DNA of 64,000 nucleotides from an uncultured Defluviitaleaceae bacterium (GTDB lineage Bacteria; Bacillota; Clostridia; Lachnospirales; WRBF01): NCBI GenBank assembly GCA_964533945.1, contig CAZHPA010000002.1, positions 68,997 to 132,996 of the forward strand, read 5' to 3'. Shown piece by piece: positions 29,721 to 37,801 of this stretch (position 1 is its first letter; each line of letters starts with the position of its first letter). The notes under the pieces were generated by a model. It saw only the letters and a program-made list of their open reading frames with translations, ran no database searches and was not told where the DNA came from. The position numbers and the translations under genes were made by a program.

Positions 29721-30471
29721 AATCAAGAAAGTTTTTTGCTATATTAAAAAATTCAATAGGGTTTGACAAAATTGCAGGATGACCTCCTTTGTCGAAAATA
29801 TGCATTTTTCCGTTTGGTATTTTATTTAACATTGCTGAGTATGTTTCAATATAAAAGTTTTCAAAGGCAAACTCATCTTCTTTGCTTCCTGTTAGCAAAG
29901 CTTTTACCCTAAGCATTTCAAGCGGTTTATGAAAAAATTTTCCTATGCTTTTATAATGCTCAAAAATAGCATTAGTATCATTATCGACAACTTGCTCCCA
30001 ATCTTCCCCTTGATTAAAAACATAAAAAGCTTTTGCATGTTCGTTTTGTTTTGAAGCTTCTCTTTCTTTAATAACGTTTTTTGTAAATTGTTCCAAAGGT
30101 GTTTCGCCTTCAAAACTATCGGCAATTACACTTTCAATTAAGTCTGGACGTTCTAATGCAACGTTTAAAGCAACTAAAGCACCTCCACTGCTTCCTATTA
30201 AGCTTGCTTTTTTGCATTTTATGTATTCTAAAAGTTGTATTACTTGCATAGCCTCATCAAACCACAAATCTGAATGAAACTTATTAACTCTTTCAGATTT
30301 TCCATGCCCTAAAAAATCAATTAAAATAACTTTATAGTGTTTTTTATAAATTTCTATAATTTCTGAAAACATTTTTGAAGAAGCTGTGTTACCATGTAAA
30401 AAAACTAATGGATAACCTGAACCAACTTCTTCATAAAAACATTTTTTATTATTATATATAAAATTAGGCAT
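29719..30471 (-). CDS. Alpha/beta-fold hydrolase
   Basis: 250 aa. Has HGNTASS (oxyanion region) and the nucleophile elbow GSSGG. Confidence 0.7.
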   Translation of the reverse strand: MPNFIYNNKKCFYEEVGSGYPLVFLHGNTASSKMFSEIIEIYKKHYKVILIDFLGHGKSERVNKFHSDLWFDEAMQVIQLLEYIKCKKASLIGSSGGALVALNVALERPDLIESVIADSFEGETPLEQFTKNVIKEREASKQNEHAKAFYVFNQGEDWEQVVDNDTNAIFEHYKSIGKFFHKPLEMLRVKALLTGSKEDEFAFENFYIETYSAMLNKIPNGKMHIFDKGGHPAILSNPIEFFNIAKNFLD

Positions 30472-30555
30472 TTTTTCTCCTTAATTATAAAACAAAAAGG
30501 CAAACGTTGCATATTCGTTCACCTTTTTGTTTTTCTTTTTTCTTTTAAAATATAG

Positions 30556-30636
30556 TGCGGATGACAGGACTCGAACCTGCACCCTCGTCAGACAGGTTTC
30601 TAAGACCTGCGCGTCTACCAATTCCGCCACATCCGC
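30556..30636 (-). tRNA. tRNA-Leu (anticodon TAG)
   Basis: Class II tRNA folded by hand with anticodon arm CAGGT-CTTAGAA-ACCTG and an extended variable arm. The track ORF 30481-30693 that overlaps it is spurious. Confidence 0.85.
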
Positions 30637-30822
30637 GAATGTTAAAATGCTGGAATTGATTATATAACACAAAAATAAAAATGTCAATAGCAAACTTAAA
30701 AAATCTTCTAATTATTTTATTATATGTTTAATGCATAAACAGACCATAACTCATTATTGACTTTGTGTATAATTTGGAATAATATAAATATATACAAAAA
30801 TAACAAAAAAGAAGGTGTTAAA

Positions 30823-33800
30823 GTGAAATTTTGTAAAATAATTGCAACTACCGCATTATCTTTTTGCTTAATATCTGGGTTATCAAACATTACATATGCA
30901 CAAAACTCGCCTAGCCCACATTATCCGCTTCCTTCAAGGGGTCAATTTGAATATCACGAAGAAGAATTGGCAGGCTTTATACATTTTGGTGTTAATACAT
31001 TTACAGGTTCTGAATGGGGTTCTGGAAATGAAAATCCAAGCGTTTTTAATCCAACAAACCTTGATGTTGAACAATGGGTTAAGGAATTTAAAGACGCTGG
31101 ATTTAAGCGAATTATTATAACAGGAAAACACCATGATGGTTTTTGCTTATGGCAAAGCAAATATACGAACCACGATATGCAAGGAAGCCCATACAAAGAC
31201 GGAAAAGGCGATATACTACAAGAACTTTCGCAAGCTTGTACTAAATATGATATAGATATGGGCTTTTATCTTTCTCCATGGGATGCTCACGAACCAAGCT
31301 ATGGCTATGGAAATGGATATAATGATGAAACAGATACAAATGGCGACTACAACCAATTTTATATGAATCAACTTAGAGAAATTTTAGGCAAAGAAACGTT
31401 TGTTGATGAAGATGGGCAAACAAAATACAAATACGGCAACAACGGCGTTTTTAAGGAAGTTTGGATGGACGGAGCAAAAGGTTCTGGGGCTGCAGCACAA
31501 AACTATAAGTTTAACGAATGGTTTGCGTTAATTAAACAACTTCAGCCTGAAGCCGTAATTTTTAGCCCATATGCTACAGAAATACGCTGGGTTGGAAATG
31601 AAAGCGGAATTGCGGGCGACCCTTGTTGGTCTAAAATTGACGCACAAAGAATCAAAGATGATTATGACATTAGAAAGCAAGAATTTCCGTCATACTTAAA
31701 TTCGGGTGACCCAAACGGTGACATTTGGAGTATAGGAGAAGCTGATGTTTCGTTGCGCCCCGGCTGGTTTTATCATTCGTCGCAAAATCCAAAAACTATA
31801 GAGCAACTAAATAACATATATTTTAAATCTGTAGGGCGTGGACAGCCACTTCTTTTGAACGTTCCTCCGAATAAAGAAGGAAAGCTTTCAGATGAAGATG
31901 TTGCAAGATTAAGACAATTTGGAAACGCAATAAAGCAAACATTTGCAAACGATTTAACACAACAAAGCGGTGTTAGCATAACTGCAAGTTCAACAAGAGG
32001 CTCAGAATATTCTGCCGAAAAAACTATTGATAATAACAACGATACATATTGGACTATGGAAGATGGACAAACAACAGGAAGTATAATTGTTGATTTAGGT
32101 GCAAGCAAAACTTTTGATGTTATTAGTATTCAAGAATATATAAAGCTAGGACAAAGAGTTTCAGGCTTTAAAGTTGAATATAAAGATAAAAGCGGTAATT
32201 GGGTTACATATGGCTCGGGAAAAACTATAGGCTACAAACGTTTAGTTCAAGGTACTGTAGTTTCTGCAAGAGAAATTAAAATAACTATAGAAAGCTCGCA
32301 AGCTGTTCCTTTAATTAGCAGCATTGGGGTTTATAAAGCAAGCGTTGACTTTGAACTTCCAAGCGCCGTTCCTCAAGGGCTTGGCGTTATAACTGCCAAT
32401 CAAATGGAAGCTAGCAGCTGGAACTATGAAGATTCTGATTTCGGACCCGGAACAAGTATGTGGGCAAATTCTGGAACTGCTACATTTAAATTTAATGGCA
32501 CTAAATTTTGGCTTGGAACAACAATTGATTTTTCCCATGGTAATTATAAAGTAACTATAGATGGCGTTGATTATGGACCTATAAACACAAACGGAACACC
32601 ACGCAAAACAAACGCTATAACATTTGAATCTCCGAATTTGCCAAACGGAGAGCATACTGTAACTGTAACTTGCCTTGCAGACAAGCCAAGCAACAACGCA
32701 ATAGGTATTAACGCCGCATATTTTATGGGTGAAGGTGTTAGTATGTTTGATATTGAAAGCAAACCACATAAAGTGCTAGAAGGCGATAGCATTGATGTTG
32801 TTGTTAAACGTTCTGGGGATTTAACAAAACCCGCAAGCGTTTTGTTTACAACTCCTCCAGATAGTGCTGTGCAAGGGCAATATTATGTTGATATTAGCAA
32901 AAGGATTAATTTCTTACCAGGCGAAACTGAAAAAGTTGTTAAAGTTCAAACGTTAAAAGAAGATAGAAATGCTTCGCCTACTCTTACATTTTATGCGGCA
33001 CTATCGGATGCAACCGATGGGTCAATAGTTGGCTTTAACAAAAGAACGGTAATTACAATAGAAAATTCTGACACAATAACACAACCTCCGGCGCAAACAG
33101 TATATACGGAAGCAAACCCATTTATGCTTCCGGCTAAATTAGGAATTGAAAAGCGTTTAGAAGCAGAAGACATACAATTAATTACAGGCGGCAATTCTGA
33201 AACAGACGTTAAAGTTGTTAATGTTTCAGCGGCAAGCAAGTCTAAAATGGTTGATAATTTTAATAGCGGCAATAGTATTAAACTATATTACAATGCACCA
33301 GTTGCAGGTACATATTCAATTAAAATGAACTTTAGAACAAATGCTTCAAATAAAACTGTTTCAATAGTTGGCGAAAACATTAAAGACATAAATAACAAAA
33401 CATTTAACAACACCTCAATGGCAATTCAAACTTCAGCATTTGATATTGTTGTTGAAAAAGAAGGTAAAGGCATAATTGAATTTATAGCAGGCTCAAATGG
33501 AGCGCCCGGAATAGATAAGTTAGATATTTCATATAAAGCAAGTTCTATGGCATATCAAATGCCTATTTCCAACGTTTTTTCTGCTTCTGATAGATTTGTT
33601 TTCCCTTCTGAATTAGGAGCGTTAAAACGCATTGAAGGGGAATATATGGAGCTTGATTCTAGTGAATCTGCAGCCGGTAAAGAAATTAGGCTTGCAAACG
33701 ACACACAAAGAAGCAACGGCAAATTTGTTGATTGGTTTACTGCAAACAACAAACTTCACCTTTACTACAACGCACCGGCGGCAGGAAAATATTTAGTTAC

Positions 33801-34500
33801 AATTAATTTGTTTTCGGGTTCAACAAATAGTTATATAGTTTCAGGCGAAAAACTTGCAAAAACAACTACGTTTGAAATTTCGCCAACTAATGCTTGGGTT
33901 GAACGCAGTTTCGAGCTTGAAATTTCGCAAGCCGGAGAAGGAATGATTACTTTAGCAGCAGGAAGCGGCGGAGCTCCAAATACAGACTATCTCGACATAG
34001 CTCTTATGGAATATTCAGAAAAATCTTCTGCTCCTATAGTTTCAAAAAATCTTGATAGAGAAGTTTATGTTATTAACAACCAACCTGTAGTTTTATCTGT
34101 TTCGGCTTCATCAAGCCAAGGACAGTTAAGTTATCAATGGTTTAAAGGAAGCCAAGAATTAGTAGGAGAAACAAATAATAGTTTAACTGTTTCAGAATCG
34201 GGAAATTATTATGTTGTTATAACAAATATAGAAGACGGCAAAAGTCCTGCAACAGTAAAAAGCGTTTCGTGTGCTGCTATTGAGCGATTTGAAGTTCCTA
34301 ATGAAAAAGAATTTGATATTAACAGCGACGGCACTGTAGATGTTAAAGACATTATTTTATCACTTCAGTTCGCAAAAGACTATAAAGTGCCAACAGCAGA
34401 ACAAGTAGCTATTGTTGATATTAATAAAAATGGTATAATTGAAATAAGCGAAGTTCAATATATACTTGATTCAATTGTTGCCGAGCAGTTAGGAATTTAG
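30823..34500 (+). CDS. Secreted multi-domain GH29 alpha-L-fucosidase with a C-terminal type I dockerin
   Basis: GTG at 30823 lies 7 nt after GAAGG and gives a signal peptide (MKFCKIIATTALSFCLISGLSNITYAQ). The GH29 core has HHDGFCLW and EVWMDGA. It is followed by an F5/8 type C module, a lectin-like module, a Calx-beta-like module, two CBM6/35-like modules and an Ig-like module (LSYQWFKG...YYVVI). The dockerin spans ~34312-34485 (DINSDGTVDVKD ... DINKNGIIEISE). Confidence 0.85.
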   Translation: MKFCKIIATTALSFCLISGLSNITYAQNSPSPHYPLPSRGQFEYHEEELAGFIHFGVNTFTGSEWGSGNENPSVFNPTNLDVEQWVKEFKDAGFKRIIITGKHHDGFCLWQSKYTNHDMQGSPYKDGKGDILQELSQACTKYDIDMGFYLSPWDAHEPSYGYGNGYNDETDTNGDYNQFYMNQLREILGKETFVDEDGQTKYKYGNNGVFKEVWMDGAKGSGAAAQNYKFNEWFALIKQLQPEAVIFSPYATEIRWVGNESGIAGDPCWSKIDAQRIKDDYDIRKQEFPSYLNSGDPNGDIWSIGEADVSLRPGWFYHSSQNPKTIEQLNNIYFKSVGRGQPLLLNVPPNKEGKLSDEDVARLRQFGNAIKQTFANDLTQQSGVSITASSTRGSEYSAEKTIDNNNDTYWTMEDGQTTGSIIVDLGASKTFDVISIQEYIKLGQRVSGFKVEYKDKSGNWVTYGSGKTIGYKRLVQGTVVSAREIKITIESSQAVPLISSIGVYKASVDFELPSAVPQGLGVITANQMEASSWNYEDSDFGPGTSMWANSGTATFKFNGTKFWLGTTIDFSHGNYKVTIDGVDYGPINTNGTPRKTNAITFESPNLPNGEHTVTVTCLADKPSNNAIGINAAYFMGEGVSMFDIESKPHKVLEGDSIDVVVKRSGDLTKPASVLFTTPPDSAVQGQYYVDISKRINFLPGETEKVVKVQTLKEDRNASPTLTFYAALSDATDGSIVGFNKRTVITIENSDTITQPPAQTVYTEANPFMLPAKLGIEKRLEAEDIQLITGGNSETDVKVVNVSAASKSKMVDNFNSGNSIKLYYNAPVAGTYSIKMNFRTNASNKTVSIVGENIKDINNKTFNNTSMAIQTSAFDIVVEKEGKGIIEFIAGSNGAPGIDKLDISYKASSMAYQMPISNVFSASDRFVFPSELGALKRIEGEYMELDSSESAAGKEIRLANDTQRSNGKFVDWFTANNKLHLYYNAPAAGKYLVTINLFSGSTNSYIVSGEKLAKTTTFEISPTNAWVERSFELEISQAGEGMITLAAGSGGAPNTDYLDIALMEYSEKSSAPIVSKNLDREVYVINNQPVVLSVSASSSQGQLSYQWFKGSQELVGETNNSLTVSESGNYYVVITNIEDGKSPATVKSVSCAAIERFEVPNEKEFDINSDGTVDVKDIILSLQFAKDYKVPTAEQVAIVDINKNGIIEISEVQYILDSIVAEQLGI

Positions 34501-34514
34501 AAAGGGAAGCAATT

Positions 34515-35126
34515 ATGAATTTAGAGCTAACTATTAAAAATTTAAATAAAAATGGCATGAGCGCATATTGTGTTAAAACAAAAGAGGAAGTTTTAGGTTT
34601 ATTAAAAGAACTTACAAAAGAAGGAGATACAGTAGCATTCGGGGGAAGTGTTACTAATGTTGAATGTGGTGTATCCAACTTTTTGAAGCAAAATAACTAC
34701 AACTTAGTTGATAGAAGTGACTATGAAAAAGCGTATAGCGCTGATGTATATATTTGCAGCAGCAATGCAATTACCGAAACGGGAACGCTCTACAATGTAG
34801 ACGGGCGTTCTAACCGTGTTTCAGCTATTGCTCATGGCCCAAAATCAGTTATTATAATTGCAGGAACTAACAAAATCGTAGAAAATTTGGAAGCCGCAAT
34901 TAATAGAGTTAAAACAATTGCCGCCCCTAAAAATTGCCAAAGACTTGGATTTAACACATATTGCACACAAAACGGAAAATGCGTTTCCTTAAATTTAGAA
35001 AACCCTGAAATGACAGACGGTTGCCAAAGCAATGAAAGAATTTGCTGCAACTATTTAATAAGCGCAAAGCAGCGGCAAACCGGAAGAATTAAAGTTATTT
35101 TAGTTGAACAAAATCTTGGTATGTAA
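34515..35126 (+). CDS. LUD-domain (lactate utilization/YkgG-like, DUF162) protein
   Basis: 203 aa. Has SSNAITETGTLYNVDGRSNRVSAIAHGPKSVIIIAGTNKIV. Starts 14 nt after the fucosidase stop. Confidence 0.6.
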   Translation: MNLELTIKNLNKNGMSAYCVKTKEEVLGLLKELTKEGDTVAFGGSVTNVECGVSNFLKQNNYNLVDRSDYEKAYSADVYICSSNAITETGTLYNVDGRSNRVSAIAHGPKSVIIIAGTNKIVENLEAAINRVKTIAAPKNCQRLGFNTYCTQNGKCVSLNLENPEMTDGCQSNERICCNYLISAKQRQTGRIKVILVEQNLGM

Positions 35127-35302
35127 CATAAAAAGCTAATTCTGTTTACAATGCCGTCTATTTTTTATATTTAGTGCGGCATTGTAATCTACATTCTAAA
35201 TCATAAGCTTTGTTCATTGCTTCTCGCCTTATATAATGCTAGTCAATTTGCCTTCCGCTTATTTAAAACACCTAAAATACCTACAAAGAAAGGAATTAAA
35301 TT

Positions 35303-36160
35303 ATGAATTACGAACAAGTCGGCAACGACGTTATTTTGCACAACACAAACAGCTTTAATATTTGCGAAATATTAGAGTGCGGTCAATGTTTCCGCTTTTT
35401 TAAACTGGATGCGTTAGATTATGTTATTGTGGCATTTTCCAAAGTTTTAAGAATTACGCAGCAAGGTAATACCGTTAAATTTCATAACACAACAACCCAA
35501 GATTTTGAAAATATATGGTTTGACTATTTCGATTTGCAAAGAAACTATGAAGAAATAAAACAACGTCTTTGCCAAGACGATGAAGTTATGCAAAAAGCTG
35601 TAAACTTTGCAGGTGGCATACGCATATTAAATCAGGAAATTTGGGAATGCCTAATTTCGTTTATAATTTCCCAAAACAATAGAATACCTATGATTAAAAA
35701 AGCCGTAAACAATCTTTCTGTTTCTTATGGCAATAAAATATGTGACGAATACTATTCTTTCCCAACTATTGAGCAGCTTTTAAATAAAGAACCAGAACAA
35801 TTAAAGCTTTGCAAAACAGGTTTTCGTGCTAAATATATATGTGATGCCGTTAATAAAATTAGCAACGGTGAAATTAAACTTAATGAATTTTCTAAAAAGC
35901 AAACACCAGAAATTAAAACAGAGTTAATGTCGATTAATGGCGTTGGCCCTAAAGTTTCAGATTGTGTGATGCTTTTTTCATGCAAAAGACACGAAGTTTT
36001 TCCGACTGATGTTTGGATTAAAAGAATTGTTTATAAATTATATTTTAACGATAAAGACGTTAGTTTAAAGGAAATTTGGAACTTTTCGAATGAAAAATTT
36101 GGGGAACTTGCAGGGTTTGCACAACAATATTTATTTTATTATGCAAGAGAAAATTTTTAG
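35303..36160 (+). CDS. ogg: 8-oxoguanine DNA glycosylase/AP lyase (Ogg, HhH-GPD)
   Basis: 285 aa. Has the HhH-GPD motif LMSINGVGPKVSDCVMLF and FPTDVWIKR. Confidence 0.8.
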   Translation: MNYEQVGNDVILHNTNSFNICEILECGQCFRFFKLDALDYVIVAFSKVLRITQQGNTVKFHNTTTQDFENIWFDYFDLQRNYEEIKQRLCQDDEVMQKAVNFAGGIRILNQEIWECLISFIISQNNRIPMIKKAVNNLSVSYGNKICDEYYSFPTIEQLLNKEPEQLKLCKTGFRAKYICDAVNKISNGEIKLNEFSKKQTPEIKTELMSINGVGPKVSDCVMLFSCKRHEVFPTDVWIKRIVYKLYFNDKDVSLKEIWNFSNEKFGELAGFAQQYLFYYARENF

Positions 36161-36229
36161 TCCATTGCACTATACCATATTTTATGTTAAAATTTAATCC
36201 GATTGTTGGCTTTAAATGGGAGAATGAAT

Positions 36230-36670
36230 ATGTATAGAACAAATTGCCCTAAGCAAACCGAAGAAATAGCAGAAAAATTGGCAAAGTCTGCAAAACCGGG
36301 AGATGTTTTTTGTTTAAGCGGAAATTTAGGGGCTGGAAAAACTGTTTTCGCTAAAGGATTTGCTAAAGGCTTAAAAATTAAAACGCAAATAACAAGCCCA
36401 ACATTTACAATAATTAACGAATATTTAGATGGAACGCTTCCGCTTTATCATTTTGATGTGTATCGAATTAATTCGGCTGAAGAAATGGAAGACTGCGGAT
36501 ACGAAGAATATTTTTATGGAGAAGGTGTTTGTTTAATTGAATGGGCGGAACTTATTAAGCAAATAATTCCAAAAAATGCCGTTTGGGTAACAATAGAATA
36601 TGAAACAAAAAATTCCGATAGCTTTAGAGTTATTAAAATAGAGGGATTGCATGAAAATTTTAGCACTTGA
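36230..36670 (+). CDS. tsaE: tRNA t6A37 biosynthesis ATPase TsaE
   Basis: Has a P-loop (GNLGAGKTVFAKG), SPTFT and HFDVYR. ATG at 36230 lies 6 nt after GGGAGA and is preferred over the track start. Confidence 0.85.
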   Translation: MYRTNCPKQTEEIAEKLAKSAKPGDVFCLSGNLGAGKTVFAKGFAKGLKIKTQITSPTFTIINEYLDGTLPLYHFDVYRINSAEEMEDCGYEEYFYGEGVCLIEWAELIKQIIPKNAVWVTIEYETKNSDSFRVIKIEGLHENFST

Positions 36671-37346
36671 CACAACAGGCAAAACAGCAACTGTTGCGCT
36701 TGTTTGCGAAACGCACACTATTGCCGAATTTACAACAAATTATAAAAAAAATCATTCAGAAGTGCTTATGCCTTTAATTTCAAGCTTGCTTGAAACCGTT
36801 GAAACAAGCCTTTCAGACGTTGACTATATTGCAGTTTCAAGCGGTCCGGGTTCGTTTACAGGTTTAAGAATTGGGGCAGCAACGGCAAAAGCATTAGCAC
36901 ACGGAGCAGGAAAGAAAATTATTTCTGTTCCAACACTATTAGCATTGGCATACAATGTATATGATACCCAAAAAATTATTATTCCGATTATGGATGCAAG
37001 AAGAAACCAAGTGTACACAGCTTTTTTTAAATATCAAAATAATAAACTTTTAAACATTACGGAATATATGACAAAAAGCATTGATGAAATATTAACCCTA
37101 GCGCAAAGGGTATCAAATGAGCATAAAGCAGGCGTTGTTTTTATAGGTGATGCAACGCTTTTGTTTAAAGAGCAAATTTTAAAAGAAGGTTTTTTAGTTG
37201 CCAATCCAAATTTTAATATGCAGCGTGCATCATCTGTTGGCATGGCAGCTTTTTTAATTGCTTTTGCTGATGAAAGCATGGGTTATAATGAATTTACACC
37301 GTTTTACTTGAGAGCTTCTCAGGCAGAAAGGGAATTTCAAAAATGA
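36651..37346 (+). CDS. tsaB: tRNA t6A37 biosynthesis protein TsaB
   Basis: 231 aa. Has MKILALDTTG and GPGSFTGLRIG. Overlaps the tsaE end. Confidence 0.85.
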   Translation: MKILALDTTGKTATVALVCETHTIAEFTTNYKKNHSEVLMPLISSLLETVETSLSDVDYIAVSSGPGSFTGLRIGAATAKALAHGAGKKIISVPTLLALAYNVYDTQKIIIPIMDARRNQVYTAFFKYQNNKLLNITEYMTKSIDEILTLAQRVSNEHKAGVVFIGDATLLFKEQILKEGFLVANPNFNMQRASSVGMAAFLIAFADESMGYNEFTPFYLRASQAEREFQK

Positions 37347-37789
37347 TTAAAGTCGAGCGAATGAAATTAAAACATATCGAACAAGTTTATGCAATAGAAA
37401 AGGACAGCTTTTCAATACCATGGACAAGAGAAGATTTTAGAAAAGAAGTTGAAGAAAACGAGCGTGCAATATATGTTGTTGCGGTTGAAGGCGTTAAAGT
37501 TTTGGGTTATGGCGGAATGTGGCATATTGTTAACGAAGGGCATATAACAAATGTTGCAGTTAAAGAAGAATGTCGCAAAAAAGGCATTGGTTCTATGATT
37601 TTGGAAGAATTGATTAAAATTAGCATAGAAAACGAAATGATTGGAATAACACTTGAAGTTCGGGTCGGAAACAGTGATGCAATGAAGCTATATTCAAAAT
37701 ATGGCTTTAAAGTTGAAGGCTATCGCAAAAATTACTATTCTGATACAAGAGAAGATGCCATTGTAATGTGGAAATATAATGATAAATAG
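37343..37789 (+). CDS. rimI: Ribosomal-protein-alanine N-acetyltransferase
   Basis: 148 aa GNAT (RKKGIGSMIL, EVRVGNSDAMKLYSKYGF). Overlaps tsaB by 4 nt. Confidence 0.85.
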   Translation: MIKVERMKLKHIEQVYAIEKDSFSIPWTREDFRKEVEENERAIYVVAVEGVKVLGYGGMWHIVNEGHITNVAVKEECRKKGIGSMILEELIKISIENEMIGITLEVRVGNSDAMKLYSKYGFKVEGYRKNYYSDTREDAIVMWKYNDK

Positions 37790-37801
37790 GGGGCTGCTAA
37801 G

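Noticed and set aside
24222-30636. Genomic island bracketed by tRNA genes (tRNA-Met/Pro and tRNA-Leu) carrying the cohesin locus
   Set aside because: There is no integrase, transposase or att-like direct repeat of a tRNA 3' end, and I could see no obvious compositional break by eye. It could be revisited with whole-genome comparison.
30481-30693. 70-aa ORF on the minus strand
   Set aside because: It overlaps tRNA-Leu(TAG) entirely and its translation is an artefact of the tRNA sequence. ORFs 18336-18785, 43981-44163 and 46941-47156 are likewise antisense or leader artefacts.
35140-35190. 10-bp inverted repeat TACAATGCCG...CGGCATTGTA after the LUD-domain gene
   Set aside because: The loop is 20 nt with no T-run following, so at best this is a weak terminator. 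There is nothing to link it to a regulator.
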